From IMG/VR virus record IMGVR_UViG_3300024991_000250: a DNA stretch of 64,000 bases, one strand, 5' to 3'. The notes under the pieces were generated by a model. It had not been told where the DNA came from, did not search any database, and saw nothing but the letters and a program-made list of their open reading frames with translations. The position numbers and the translations under genes are program-made. Numbering within the stretch: position 1 is the first letter of the stretch; each line of letters begins with the position of its first letter. The stretch comes from a virus. Positions 1 to 10,335 of the stretch are shown piece by piece.

Positions 1-877
1 CACGGTCATAGGCCTTGTCGAGCGGCAGGACGAGCACCACGCCAAAACTGGTGGCGGGCGCCGGACCCATGATTTCCTGAATGGTCAGCCCTGCCCCGCC
101 CCGCGCGAAACTGGTTTGCGATAAGCCGTCGCGCTCGGTGACGCGGCCGAGAAAGGCCATGCGTTGCAGCAAGGCAGGGGCCGCGCCCGGGTCCGCGATG
201 AACAGCACCCGGCTGCCGCGCTTGGCCGACCGCAGGAAATCATAGCCTGCGCCGAACAATTCGGCTTCCGGAAGGTGATCGAAAGAGCCGCGCCAGGCCC
301 GAGGCTCCGCCCGGCTGCGCACCAGGTCCTCGCCATTCAAGCTGGTCGCGACAACTGCGCGATCGATGAAGCGCAGATTGTTGCCCTCGTAGCCATAATT
401 GATCGAGGGCTGGAAGAACGGGCCGACGAAAAAGCTGGCGATGTCGAGATAGCCGCTGGGGTTGAACGGGTCTTCGATTTCGATCCGAACGGCGCGGGCG
501 GCAACCGCACTATCGAGAATGATGTAAATTGACGGCGATCGATCCTCGTCAGCCTCGGCCGGCACTAGCCCTTCCAGCCATCCTGTCGTCACGGCGGGCG
601 GCGCGGACATGTCCAGCGTCGGCCAGAAGCTGGCGCGCACCCGCGCAGCCGGCGTGCAGTTGGTCCACCCTATATAGACCGCTGCCAGATCGGTGGTCTC
701 CGCCAAGGCCGCATCGAACCTTGTATCGAGCGGCGAGACCGTGCGCGAGCGGGCGATGAACTCCATGCGCTCTTCGAGCAGGTTTTTCAGCGGCAGTTCA
801 TCGATCCAGTCGCCACCCGAAAGCGTCATGGGCGGCGGCGAATGAACGAACAGCGCGCGGCGGAGGCTGGTGGCCAT
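1..877 (-). CDS. Tail protein, 5' part, cut by window edge (complete copy 46175-47635)
   Basis: Same sequence as 46759-47635; lies in the tail operon. Confidence 0.75.
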   Translation of the reverse strand, partial: MATSLRRALFVHSPPPMTLSGGDWIDELPLKNLLEERMEFIARSRTVSPLDTRFDAALAETTDLAAVYIGWTNCTPAARVRASFWPTLDMSAPPAVTTGWLEGLVPAEADEDRSPSIYIILDSAVAARAVRIEIEDPFNPSGYLDIASFFVGPFFQPSINYGYEGNNLRFIDRAVVATSLNGEDLVRSRAEPRAWRGSFDHLPEAELFGAGYDFLRSAKRGSRVLFIADPGAAPALLQRMAFLGRVTERDGLSQTSFARGGAGLTIQEIMGPAPATSFGVVLVLPLDKAYDR

Positions 878-882
878 TGCGG

Positions 883-1284
883 TCAGGTCCAGTGTTCTTC
901 GGATCGATAGTCAGGAGGAATCGGCACCATGGCCTCCAGCCGATCAGCAGCGGCGCGCAGGGCAGCGCGCTCGGCAAGAACGCTCTCCGGCACCGGGCGG
1001 CCATCGGTCGGGTCGGCGGCGCGCGTCACATACCAGTCGGTATATTTCAGCCGGCGGCCGGCCTCGCGCTTCACCATCTCGACAGTGACGGGCTCCGGTG
1101 GTGGCGGCACGAATTCACCATCGACGTAGCGCCATCCCGGCATGATCTCGATACCGGCATGGATTTCATGGCCTTCCGGGCAGTAATCGAACTGGGTCTG
1201 CAATTGCAGGTCGGACCCGGCCTGGCCGGAGCTGGTCACAAGACCATCCTCGCTGCGCACGATGGTAAAGGCGAAATCGCTCAT
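883..1284 (-). CDS. Tail fibre assembly-like protein (133 aa)
   Basis: Tail operon; C-terminal 'LKYTDWYVTRAAD...VPESVLAERAALR' resembles tail-fibre chaperones. Confidence 0.6.
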   Translation of the reverse strand: MSDFAFTIVRSEDGLVTSSGQAGSDLQLQTQFDYCPEGHEIHAGIEIMPGWRYVDGEFVPPPPEPVTVEMVKREAGRRLKYTDWYVTRAADPTDGRPVPESVLAERAALRAAADRLEAMVPIPPDYRSEEHWT

Positions 1285-1287
1285 GGC

Positions 1288-2664
1288 TCACCGCTTGAGG
1301 TTCATGATCGCGAAGGTGGAGCCGGGCAGCATTTTCCAATAGGCAAGCCCGCTCTCATTGTCCGCGTGGAAGGTGAAATTGTAGGTGCCGGGATTGATGT
1401 TCTGCCCATGCACCACCGAGACGCCAAAGGCGAAATTGTCGTCGTAGAAGGCCCGATACGACTTCATCTCGATACCGTTGTACTTCAGCGAATACCGGAT
1501 ATAGCCGGTCACTTCAGCGCCCGAAGTTGGACGATCGAGGAAGCCCGCCGCGATGATAACAACGCGGCCCGTGGTGACGGTGAAATTGCCGGAGGCCAAG
1601 ATGCCTTGCTCGCCATTGCCGGTGAACACGGCCATGTCGGTGATGGCGTTTGCTTCAACCGAACCGGTCGCCACCACCGGAACGCCGTTCACAAACAGGG
1701 CCTTCGTGTCGATCACACCTGCTGAAAGCCTCCCTGGCAGAAGCAATCCGTTTTGATCGAAGACGGAAATAGGGCTGCCGCCTGCGTCGAGGAACTTGAA
1801 GCGACCGGCCTGGAACCGCATTTCGTAATTGGTGCCGACGCGAGAGATTTCCATGCCAGCGCCCGCAGCCACGCCACCTGAAACGCTGCGAACCATAAGC
1901 TGAAAGTTGGTAGCGGCGCTCGTCGGCCCGGCATTGGCCAAAAACTGTATCCGACCGTTAGCACTATTGCCGTTGGCTAGAGCCTCAACTTCTGTGGTTT
2001 TGGACGACAGTGACCCAAACTGATCGGCGCGGGTCGTCTCTTCTATCAGCAGCCGCGCCCTGGTTGCGGCAAGGCCGGTGGTGCCATTGTTGACACTGCT
2101 TTCCAACGTACTGGTGCGATTGGCGAGTGCGCTGTCCGCACTCACCCGAGCGCTTTCTTCTGTGCTGATCCGCGACGACAGCGCAGCGAAGCCGGTCGAT
2201 GGGTTGGTTGCAGATGCCTCCAAAGACGAGGTGCGCGTGGCCAGAGCGCTATCCGCTGTGACCCGCGAATTCGTCTCGTTGGTGATCTTGGTATTGTAGT
2301 CGAGTTTGATCGCGTCGAGATCGCCCTGGATCGGCGCCGTCGTGGCCGAAACCACATAGCCGCCGCTCGCAGACGCCGGGAACCAGACCCCTTCATTGCC
2401 CGAAGGATCAATCGCGCGCACCCACACATACCGAGCCGTCGTCGTTGTCAGCCCGGCGCGCGTATAGACAGGCAGAACCGTCTCAGCGATCTTCGTGGCG
2501 GCCGCGCGGTTATTGGTCGTCGCCTCCCAGATCTCGAACTTGGCCGGCTGCATATAGCTCCGACAGCCCTGCCCGCTTGGGGCGGCATAGGAGATGTTGA
2601 GGATGTAGCCGCCCACCACGCTCGCAACGCCGAGCGCGGTAACCGCAATCAGCGATGTCGCCAT
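1288..2664 (-). CDS. Tail tip/fibre protein (458 aa)
   Basis: FnIII-like N-terminus (YVWVRAIDPSGN), two 'R(V/S)xADSALAxRTSxLExS' coiled repeats, gpJ C-terminal-like region; tail operon position. Confidence 0.65.
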   Translation of the reverse strand: MATSLIAVTALGVASVVGGYILNISYAAPSGQGCRSYMQPAKFEIWEATTNNRAAATKIAETVLPVYTRAGLTTTTARYVWVRAIDPSGNEGVWFPASASGGYVVSATTAPIQGDLDAIKLDYNTKITNETNSRVTADSALATRTSSLEASATNPSTGFAALSSRISTEESARVSADSALANRTSTLESSVNNGTTGLAATRARLLIEETTRADQFGSLSSKTTEVEALANGNSANGRIQFLANAGPTSAATNFQLMVRSVSGGVAAGAGMEISRVGTNYEMRFQAGRFKFLDAGGSPISVFDQNGLLLPGRLSAGVIDTKALFVNGVPVVATGSVEANAITDMAVFTGNGEQGILASGNFTVTTGRVVIIAAGFLDRPTSGAEVTGYIRYSLKYNGIEMKSYRAFYDDNFAFGVSVVHGQNINPGTYNFTFHADNESGLAYWKMLPGSTFAIMNLKR

Positions 2665-2667
2665 GAA

Positions 2668-4221
2668 CTAGCCCCAGAGCGTGAGAATGACTTTGTCGTC
2701 CTTGGCCACTTCCTGGCGGCCGATGACGACCATCGGCTTGCCAGCCTGGTAGCCGAGCCGTGGCAGAGTGAGCGTGCCGGTGGAGCCCAGCAGCATTGAT
2801 GTTGCGTCTTGCCAGTTCACAGAGACCTGCAGAACGTCGCGGCGAACCTTGTAGAGCGCCAGATAACGGGCCGCTTCGGCTGCAGCGTCGGCCGCCGAGG
2901 TGAGGCAGGTTTCGATGACCAGCTCACCGGCCATCGGATGCTTGATCTTGATCGACGCGTCTTCGGCAATCGCCTCACGCCACTCGTTTTCGACGAAGCT
3001 GACAAATGGGTTGCTAGCCTCATCGAGCACGCAAGGCGCGATCTCGCTGCGACTATGGACCCGGTAGCAGCGCGAATGGCGCACCACCACCCGCCAGACA
3101 GGCAGGCCGTTTTCCGTGTCGCGCGACAGCTCGCGCGCAATGCTTGACCCTTCGGTCAGGATGAAGGGCTCCGTCAGCGACCAGGTTGGCACCCCGACAC
3201 CAACAAACCGGCCAACTTGAAGCACGCCGGTCGGGCTTGGCACAATCCAGCCCTGCACCGATTGCAGGATCTCAGACACAACCGAAAGCGCTGTCCGCTC
3301 CTGCGCGATGTAGATACCCAGCACGAATGGCGCGGCCGCATTGAGGGCTGCAATCGAGGCCATGTCCAAGGCTGGCGACGTGATGCCAATCTTGGCCAGG
3401 ATACGCTGCACCAAGGCCCCTGCCCGCTGGTTCGAGCCTTCAACCACGTCACAGGTCAGAACGTCATCGGTGATGTGGCCCAGGCGGAACAGCCCCAGCG
3501 ACAGACACGTCAGATAAGTGCCCGGCGACGGCGAGGCTGCAGCCAAGGCCGCCAGAGTGGCAACATTGCCCGCATTGGTCAGCGCCACCCCACCATCGAA
3601 TGCCGCGATGCTCACGACTGCACCGTCATGGGCCTGGTAGATTTCCTGTGGCCGGTTTACGCAAATCGGCTCGATGCGAAAGGTCCAGCCGAAGTTCAGC
3701 GGCTTGAGCTGATCCTTCAGGTTCTCATCGCCATCAGCCTTGTTGACGCTGGATGCATCGATTGTGGTGCCACCATATCGATTGGCCTGCACCGGCTTGT
3801 CGAGGTCGAGCAGCTTGTCGTAGAGGTGAACGCGCACATCGTTGTACGCATCGCCCGACGACACGCCGGTCATGGTGGTCCGAAACAGCACCGTCGACGA
3901 GGCATAGCTGGCCCGCGCATTGGCGAGCCGCCGCACCGTGAAGTCCCGGCTATCGACCCCGAAGGCAAAGAGCCCATCGAGCCACCCATCGACATTGACC
4001 AATGTGGCCTCGCCTGGGTCGCAGCTCGACGGCCCAAAGGTCCGGCCCGGCTGGAACAGTGTACGCTCGAGCGTACCGGGATCAGCCACCCGGCGCGTAT
4101 AGATCGCATTGGCCGCGCTTTCGGTCGGCCGCGTCACCAGCCCATGGCTCGAATAACGCAGCGTCTCGACGGAGGCCCCGTTGTGGGCCCCCATCTCGAT
4201 GAGGTATTCGCAGGCATCCAT
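2668..4221 (-). CDS. Tail hub/baseplate-type protein (517 aa)
   Basis: Directly after the tape measure with overlapping start/stop; typical alphaproteobacterial siphovirus tail-tip gene. Confidence 0.6.
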   Translation of the reverse strand: MDACEYLIEMGAHNGASVETLRYSSHGLVTRPTESAANAIYTRRVADPGTLERTLFQPGRTFGPSSCDPGEATLVNVDGWLDGLFAFGVDSRDFTVRRLANARASYASSTVLFRTTMTGVSSGDAYNDVRVHLYDKLLDLDKPVQANRYGGTTIDASSVNKADGDENLKDQLKPLNFGWTFRIEPICVNRPQEIYQAHDGAVVSIAAFDGGVALTNAGNVATLAALAAASPSPGTYLTCLSLGLFRLGHITDDVLTCDVVEGSNQRAGALVQRILAKIGITSPALDMASIAALNAAAPFVLGIYIAQERTALSVVSEILQSVQGWIVPSPTGVLQVGRFVGVGVPTWSLTEPFILTEGSSIARELSRDTENGLPVWRVVVRHSRCYRVHSRSEIAPCVLDEASNPFVSFVENEWREAIAEDASIKIKHPMAGELVIETCLTSAADAAAEAARYLALYKVRRDVLQVSVNWQDATSMLLGSTGTLTLPRLGYQAGKPMVVIGRQEVAKDDKVILTLWG

Positions 4222-7200
4222 CAGCTGGCCTTTCGCATCGCTGCGAGGCGAGCCGCCTGCCCATTGTCGCTGACAGCCTTGGCCACCGAGCGAGTGGCCT
4301 CGACATTGCTCGATGCGATCTGATCGCCCTGCCGCCGCTCTGCCCGAAGTTGGGCCAGCTCCTGCCGGAGTTCATCCCTGAGCTGCTGCAATTCACGCAC
4401 CACGTCGGCCGAGCCATTGCCGTTGGCCGCCGCCATCTGCATCGATGCGCCGGTCGGATAGACCTGAGCGCCGCGCGGCAGGTTGAGCAGTTCCGGCCCG
4501 CGCTCGCCAACCCAGGCCAAACCGCCGGGATGGAAGCTGGTGCCGTCCGCATAGCCCGGGACACCCCACTTCATCGCCGCCGAGGTCAACGGGCTTTCGC
4601 CAGCACCAAGAGCCGTGCCTATGAACTGCCGATAGAGTTCAGAGCCGGTCATCCCGCCTGCGATCTTGCTCTGCCAATAGGCGGCGCCCTCAGCATCCGG
4701 AGCCCGGCCCAGCACATCCCGATAAAGCCCCAACACGTCCTGGCTGTAGCCGGAACCAGTGTTGTAGTTATCGTTTGCCGCCCGCTGCAGCGCCATGACG
4801 TTGGTGAGGTTGGCAATGGCCTGTGCCACCGACATCACACCAGAGTTCAGGTCGATCAGCAGGCCAACCTGCTTGTCGAGCGCGGCAAGCTGCTTTTCGG
4901 CTTCGGTGAGCTGACCATCCGATACCGCCAAAGCTTGGTCGAGGAGGGTCTCGACCTCCTTGAAAATGGCGAAATAGGTCTCGCTATTCCGGTAATAGGC
5001 ACGGGCCTCGGTGAGATAATCCCGGCTCACATTCTCCAGATCAGCAAGAGCATTGGCATCGCCGCCGAGCGCCTTCTGGCTGACATCGGCGAACTTGCGC
5101 TGCACCTCCTGGAACCGCTCCCACTGAGACAGCGGAGAGAGGTTACTGTCGAGCCGCAGCCCGTCGCGGAACTGCTGCAGCGAACCGATATAGGCCCGCG
5201 TCCGATCGATCACTTCATTGAGCGAGCGCGCCTCTGCGTCATAGGCCGTGCGCAGGTCCGACCGCGCACTTTCAACCGCACGATTGGCCTCCTCGACCAT
5301 GGCGAACAGTCGTTCTGGCGACAGCCCGTTTACGAGCTCGTCGATATACGGCTTCACCATGCCCAGCGCGTTCGCCAGGTCAGGGAACCGCACCGCCAGA
5401 TCGCTGATCTGATCGGCCGTCAGCTTGCTCTCGTCGATGATCTTCTGCAGCGTCAGGGTGAGCTCTTCGCCGGCCTTGGGGGCATCGGTGAGCAGGAACG
5501 CGGCATCCTTCATGCGCATGTTGAACTGGTCGAGCGCATCGGCTGCCTGGTTCACATATTCCATGCCGCTGAGGGCGAGGATATTGCGCTCGATCTCGTC
5601 ATTGAGCGCTCTGCCCATCGTCCCCTGCAGGCGCTCGAAGCTGTCCTGCAACTTGCGGGCATAGTCACCGTCGCCGGCCGCCCAGGCGAGCGCGCGAGCC
5701 TCGATCACCTGCTTCTCGTAATCGGCAAAGGCTGCCGCATAGGAGGAGATTTTCTCTCCATCCATCGCCGCCATCATCTTCTCGAGCGCCGGCCGGGCTT
5801 CGTTGAGCTTCTGCTTGGCCTTTTCCAGTTCGGCATTCATGCCGAAAAGGCCACCGACCACACCGGCAATGCCGCCGATGACGGCGCCAAGAGGATTGCC
5901 ACCCATGGCGACAAAACCCTGCAACGCGCCGCCAAGCCCGCCCATCAGCGGGTTTGCCGATTGATAGCCGAGCCCCAGCCCGCCAAGGCCAGCCGAAATC
6001 GCCCCGCCCTGCCCCTTCAGCGCGGCGAAGATGCCCCCGGCAGCGCCCGCCTGTGTGCCTTCCTTGGCGCCGGCCTTCACCGCATCGCCGATCAGGCCAA
6101 AGCCGTTGTCATTGGCGGCCAGGCTGCCGCCGGTCAGTAGCCCATCGAACACCTTGCCGAGATTGGCCTGCCCGATCTGCGCAAAGCCGGAAAACACCCG
6201 GTCAAGGAAGTCGTCGAGGTCCGAAATCGGCTTGGAGAACAGGTCCGACAATACCGAGCCAAGCGTGCTCTCGATCGCTTCCGCCGCCTGCCGTCCGGCG
6301 CTCTTGGCATCGTCCGACAGCGACCGCAGGCCCAGCGAAGAGGCCTTGAACAGGTTCCCGATCTCCGCCTCGACCGCGCGGCGCTGAAAATCATCGAGCT
6401 TGCTGCCATACATGTCGAGCGCGGCCTGCAGCTGCTGCGCCTCCCGCATCGCATATTCGCCGGGAAACAGCGCTTCGGCCAGCTTGTCGGCCGTCGAGAT
6501 GAAGCTGTTGAAATCCTTCTCTGCCGCCCTGAGCGCCTTGCCTGCCGCGCCGGAACTGGCCTCGGTGCGGTCGAACTGCGCATTGGTATTGCCCAGCGCC
6601 ACGGCCAGCTGTTCATTGTTCAGCGCCAAGAGCCGGTCGACATCGGCCTGCGCCGCGCCATTGGCCAGCGTGGCCGAAATGGTCTTGGCCTGTTCGGCAT
6701 ATTGCTGGTTCACCCGCGCCAGCGCCTGCTGGCGGCCGGTCAGCGCGTCGATACTGTTCTGCGCCGTGACCGTCGAAAGCTGCTGCTCGGCAGCAGCCAG
6801 CCCGGTCACTTCGGCCTTGGCCTTCTGATAGGCTTCGGTCAGCGCCTCGGTACGCTGGACATATTCGTCACGCGACAGGCCCGCCGCGCGCATCGCCTCC
6901 AGGCTTTCGCGACCCTTGTCATAATCGATGGTAGCGGCAGCAAGCCGGTTGCCGGCTTCCTGCGCCGCCGCAACCGCTGGAATGAGCGCCTGCAGCCGCT
7001 GCAACGAGCCAGCATAGATATTGGCCGCGCCGGCCGCCTCGCCATAGCCGCGCGCCGCCTGCAGGGCAGCAGCCTTGGATGCGTCGATGGCTGCAGCCGT
7101 GCGCCGCGCCTGTTCTTCCAGCCGCCGTTGCTGATCGACCAGCTCCTGGACGCCAGGTCGGATGTCAGCGAAGCTCTGAAGCTCGAGATTGAGCGCCACC

Positions 7201-8393
7201 TGCGCCCGCTCAGCTTCGTTGGCGCGCTCACGTAGCCCCATGAGCTGACGAGCCAACTTGAACACATTGTCAGCAAGATCGGAGATGATCGAATTACCTG
7301 TCTCGAAGAACAGCCCGCGCGCGGCCTCCGCAGCTGCATCGAGTTCTTCGCGCGTATTTGACGTCGAGAGGCCAAGCTGCAGCATGTAATCGACCTGCTG
7401 TCGAATACTATCCAGCTGATCGCCATCGACGCCGAATATGCTCGGCGCACTTGGACTATTGAGGTCTGCAAGGACGGTCGACAGGCTGTCATGGACAGCG
7501 TCCATATTGGCCTGCAAGACCATGGTCTCACCGGCTATCTCCCTTATCCCCGCGGCAAGCTCCAGAGCAACGACGCCCTTCGGCAGGCGCGCCGCCGCCT
7601 CCCCTGCGTCATTCGCGGCCTGACGAACACTCTCATAGCCGCGCAGAATGTCGTCGAGCCACTTATCATGTTTTTCAAGCGCTTCTGCCGCCCTGTCAGC
7701 TTCACCTTTGGCGGACGCGAACCACTGAATGGCGGCCGCTCCCAAGGCCACAAACCCGATCGTCAGCAGGCTCACCGGATTGATGATCGACACGAAAGCC
7801 GTCGCCAGCCCGCGCAGCGGGTTCTGCATCGTGTTGAGCACGGCCGAGAGCTGCGTACCCTGTTGCAGCGCGATCATGATGGGGTTCATCCCCATGGCGG
7901 CCGTGACGCCGATATCCTGGAACTGCGCCGCGATATTGGCGGTCGAGCCAACAGCATTGTCGTTCGCCGCCGCCACCCTGTGCATGGATCTGGCGAGATT
8001 GTCATTGGCCGAGGCCAGGCCATTGGCATTGGCCCGCGCCCGCTCCTCCGCCGCCACCAGCCGCTGATATTTCGTCTCCAGCAAGCCCACTGCGTTTGCA
8101 TGTTGCATGGCATCGATGGCGCCCTGCTCGAAGGCCCGACTGACCACAGCCGCTTCGCGGGCCATCTGCGCCTGCAGCGCGATCATGCGGTCGTTGCGCT
8201 CCATCACCCGCTGGTAGTCGCGGGCGGCCGAAACCTGCCGGCGCGTGCTGGTTTCGGTCACCCGGGCCGCGGTCTCGCCCGTGGCTGCCACCTTTTCCTG
8301 CGCCGCGCTGACCTTGTTAAGATCGCGCTCGACCTTGTCCAGGCCCTCGCTCTGGCCGCGCACGGTCACCGAGCGGACGACATTGACCTGCAT
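4221..8393 (-). CDS. Tail tape measure protein (1390 aa)
   Basis: Long Ala-rich helical ORF after the tail chaperones; lambda-H-like motif NIAAQFQDIGVTAAMGMNPIMIALQQGTQL; Gly-rich hydrophobic stretch; C-terminal GYADG..PGGLAWVGERGPEL motif. Confidence 0.93.
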   Translation of the reverse strand: MQVNVVRSVTVRGQSEGLDKVERDLNKVSAAQEKVAATGETAARVTETSTRRQVSAARDYQRVMERNDRMIALQAQMAREAAVVSRAFEQGAIDAMQHANAVGLLETKYQRLVAAEERARANANGLASANDNLARSMHRVAAANDNAVGSTANIAAQFQDIGVTAAMGMNPIMIALQQGTQLSAVLNTMQNPLRGLATAFVSIINPVSLLTIGFVALGAAAIQWFASAKGEADRAAEALEKHDKWLDDILRGYESVRQAANDAGEAAARLPKGVVALELAAGIREIAGETMVLQANMDAVHDSLSTVLADLNSPSAPSIFGVDGDQLDSIRQQVDYMLQLGLSTSNTREELDAAAEAARGLFFETGNSIISDLADNVFKLARQLMGLRERANEAERAQVALNLELQSFADIRPGVQELVDQQRRLEEQARRTAAAIDASKAAALQAARGYGEAAGAANIYAGSLQRLQALIPAVAAAQEAGNRLAAATIDYDKGRESLEAMRAAGLSRDEYVQRTEALTEAYQKAKAEVTGLAAAEQQLSTVTAQNSIDALTGRQQALARVNQQYAEQAKTISATLANGAAQADVDRLLALNNEQLAVALGNTNAQFDRTEASSGAAGKALRAAEKDFNSFISTADKLAEALFPGEYAMREAQQLQAALDMYGSKLDDFQRRAVEAEIGNLFKASSLGLRSLSDDAKSAGRQAAEAIESTLGSVLSDLFSKPISDLDDFLDRVFSGFAQIGQANLGKVFDGLLTGGSLAANDNGFGLIGDAVKAGAKEGTQAGAAGGIFAALKGQGGAISAGLGGLGLGYQSANPLMGGLGGALQGFVAMGGNPLGAVIGGIAGVVGGLFGMNAELEKAKQKLNEARPALEKMMAAMDGEKISSYAAAFADYEKQVIEARALAWAAGDGDYARKLQDSFERLQGTMGRALNDEIERNILALSGMEYVNQAADALDQFNMRMKDAAFLLTDAPKAGEELTLTLQKIIDESKLTADQISDLAVRFPDLANALGMVKPYIDELVNGLSPERLFAMVEEANRAVESARSDLRTAYDAEARSLNEVIDRTRAYIGSLQQFRDGLRLDSNLSPLSQWERFQEVQRKFADVSQKALGGDANALADLENVSRDYLTEARAYYRNSETYFAIFKEVETLLDQALAVSDGQLTEAEKQLAALDKQVGLLIDLNSGVMSVAQAIANLTNVMALQRAANDNYNTGSGYSQDVLGLYRDVLGRAPDAEGAAYWQSKIAGGMTGSELYRQFIGTALGAGESPLTSAAMKWGVPGYADGTSFHPGGLAWVGERGPELLNLPRGAQVYPTGASMQMAAANGNGSADVVRELQQLRDELRQELAQLRAERRQGDQIASSNVEATRSVAKAVSDNGQAARLAAMRKAS

Positions 8394-8420
8394 CGCAAAC
8401 TCCTGGTGGCGGGAAGCCGT

Positions 8421-8774
8421 CTAGCGGCCAGATTGAGGTTTGGTTTTGGATCGCTCTGCGACCCATTTGAGATAGACCCCATCCAGGCTGCGGATGAGGA
8501 ACCGGAAGGCCTCGAAATCATCGGTGCCGGTCACACCGAAACGGGCGGCATAGGCGTCGAGCGCAGTGAAAGGCACCGGCCCGACGCCCATGCCCATCGG
8601 CCGGTCGGTATGGACTTCCCACCACGCCGACCAGGCGAATTGCAGATGCATTTCCATCTCGGGGCGGTTGGCCAGCGCCTTTGGCGTCTCGCCAGTCTCC
8701 GCCTCGAGGTCTTCAAGCCATTCTAGCTTGTCTGCCCAGTCGAGCTGCCAGACGAGCGCGGCTTCGAGTTTTTT
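8421..8774 (-). CDS. Tail assembly chaperone frameshift extension (gpT-like)
   Basis: The -1 frame from the slippery site reads KKLEAALVWQLDWADKLEWLEDLE...MEMHLQFAWSAW to the stop at 8421. Confidence 0.8.
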   Translation of the reverse strand, partial: KKLEAALVWQLDWADKLEWLEDLEAETGETPKALANRPEMEMHLQFAWSAWWEVHTDRPMGMGVGPVPFTALDAYAARFGVTGTDDFEAFRFLIRSLDGVYLKWVAERSKTKPQSGR

Positions 8775-9181
8775 GCGTCATCCTCCAGGGAGACGCGGGC
8801 CTCTTCTTCGGCGACGCCGGCAGCCCAGACCACGGCATCGCGCAGCGCCTGCATATCCACTTCGCTCAGCAGCTGCTTAGCCAGCTCAGGCGAATAGGCC
8901 AGCGGCTTGTTGTCGTCGTCCTCGAACCCCTTCCAATCGACGAGAATGGTATCGGCAAGGCAGCGTCCATCCACCTGCGCCTTCATCTCGGGATCGGTGA
9001 TGGCGCCTGCCCGCTTCTTGCCGCGGGGCACCGTCTGGATCAGCCGCTGGTAGAGCACGCGGTAATCCGGATTGCCCTGCGGGCGCACCTTCAGTTCGAC
9101 ACCGGGAAAATCCGGTATGTCGCCGATCCAGATGCCCGCTTCGGCCTTGGCCAGATCAGTCTTGAGGCTGTTCATTTTCAT
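8723..9181 (-). CDS. Tail assembly chaperone (gpG-like)
   Basis: Between tail tube and tape measure; start MKMNSL at 9181; ends at a slippery sequence. Confidence 0.8.
   Translation of the reverse strand: MKMNSLKTDLAKAEAGIWIGDIPDFPGVELKVRPQGNPDYRVLYQRLIQTVPRGKKRAGAITDPEMKAQVDGRCLADTILVDWKGFEDDDNKPLAYSPELAKQLLSEVDMQALRDAVVWAAGVAEEEARVSLEDDAKNSKPRSSGSSTGQTS
8768..8774 (-). other. Programmed -1 frameshift heptamer A AAA AAC
   Basis: GCA AAA AAC in the zero frame; the -1 frame is open to 8421; canonical G/GT position. Confidence 0.85.
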
Positions 9182-9371
9182 GGGAAGTGTCCTTTTCGCC
9201 GGCCCCTTCGGCCGGCTCGTTCTGTTGCTCCGGCCGGATGGCGCCATGCCCCTTGCCGACCACCAGGTCGGCATAGGCATCGGCCAGGATCGGCGTTTCG
9301 CCCTTGGCGAAATGCCGTCTTTTGCCGTTGGGATAGCCGGTAAACCCGACGGCAATTTCGACGCGTTTCAT
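9156..9371 (-). CDS. Small hypothetical virion-operon protein (71 aa)
   Basis: Fills the gap between tail tube and chaperone. Confidence 0.55.
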   Translation of the reverse strand: MKRVEIAVGFTGYPNGKRRHFAKGETPILADAYADLVVGKGHGAIRPEQQNEPAEGAGEKDTSHENEQPQD

Positions 9372-9376
9372 GGCCG

Positions 9377-10303
9377 TCAGGCCACTTCGCGGGTGATCAT
9401 CAGCGTGCAGTCATCAGCCCCAAGCAGGCCGCGATAGGGGATCGACACCATGATGTCGTCGTCATTGCCCCCAGCCGTGACATTCCCATCGCCAAGCCGC
9501 AGCTTGTCGATGTCGAACTGGTACTTGTCGCCGCTGGCATTGCCGACCTGCAGCGTCAGGTCGGCAAGGCCATGGTCGAGGCAGGCCTGGTACAGTGCCT
9601 TGCTCTGGAAATAGCATTCCAGCGTGCCGCTCACGTCGAACCGGCCGGCCCCGAACTCATGGCTGAACTTGGTGCCGACCGCAGGGCGGGTGCGCAGATT
9701 GTTGCTGATCTCCAGCGTCAGGCTGCGCACCACCGGGGCCGGCGTGATGCTGCCGATCGACAGGGCCGCCACATTGGCCGAGGCGGTCGAGACCGGCGTG
9801 TCGGTCGGGTCGAGATAGGTCGCACCCGCAACAATCGCTTCCGCCACCGTTTCTGCGCGGCCCATAATGCCGAACGAGCCGGTAATGGCCGCGCGCGCGC
9901 CGATCGACAGCGACATCGTATTGATCATGCAGCCGGCGAAACGGCGAAACACATCGGTCGCGCCCATCTCATAGGTTTCTTCGAAGGTGAAGGATTTTGG
10001 CGTGATGCCGTTCTTCAGCACATCATTGTCCCAGGCGCCGAACATCAGCCCCTCGAGCAGAAAGTCGAAGGTGCCATAGGTCAGCTCGAAATCGTAGGAG
10101 CCGGTCACGTCCTGGCCCAGTTCGAATTCGTCGCGCACATTGCGGTCGGCCTGGCGCTCATTGCTGGTGCCGGTCGATTTCTGCGTGCGCAGACCGCCAT
10201 TGCTGCTGCGGATGGTCTGGAAGGCCGGCGTGGCCGGGGTAACACCGAAGGCGGTTTCGGCAATGGCAGCAACGCGCACACCGCTTCCCGACGCAAAAGC
10301 CAT
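9377..10303 (-). CDS. Major tail tube protein (308 aa)
   Basis: ETAFGVTP N-terminus, FTFEE, G.L.CYF motifs; SD aggag; position. Confidence 0.85.
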   Translation of the reverse strand: MAFASGSGVRVAAIAETAFGVTPATPAFQTIRSSNGGLRTQKSTGTSNERQADRNVRDEFELGQDVTGSYDFELTYGTFDFLLEGLMFGAWDNDVLKNGITPKSFTFEETYEMGATDVFRRFAGCMINTMSLSIGARAAITGSFGIMGRAETVAEAIVAGATYLDPTDTPVSTASANVAALSIGSITPAPVVRSLTLEISNNLRTRPAVGTKFSHEFGAGRFDVSGTLECYFQSKALYQACLDHGLADLTLQVGNASGDKYQFDIDKLRLGDGNVTAGGNDDDIMVSIPYRGLLGADDCTLMITREVA

Positions 10304-10335
10304 GTCAATTCTCCTGAGATGAAGGGTTTGCCGGC

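Noticed and set aside
4350-6140. Long plus-strand ORFs opposite core genes (also 13545-14993, 21019-22587, 25373-26620, 26645-28093)
   Set aside because: Antisense shadows expected at high GC; no SD or recognisable domains, and they overlap well-supported genes
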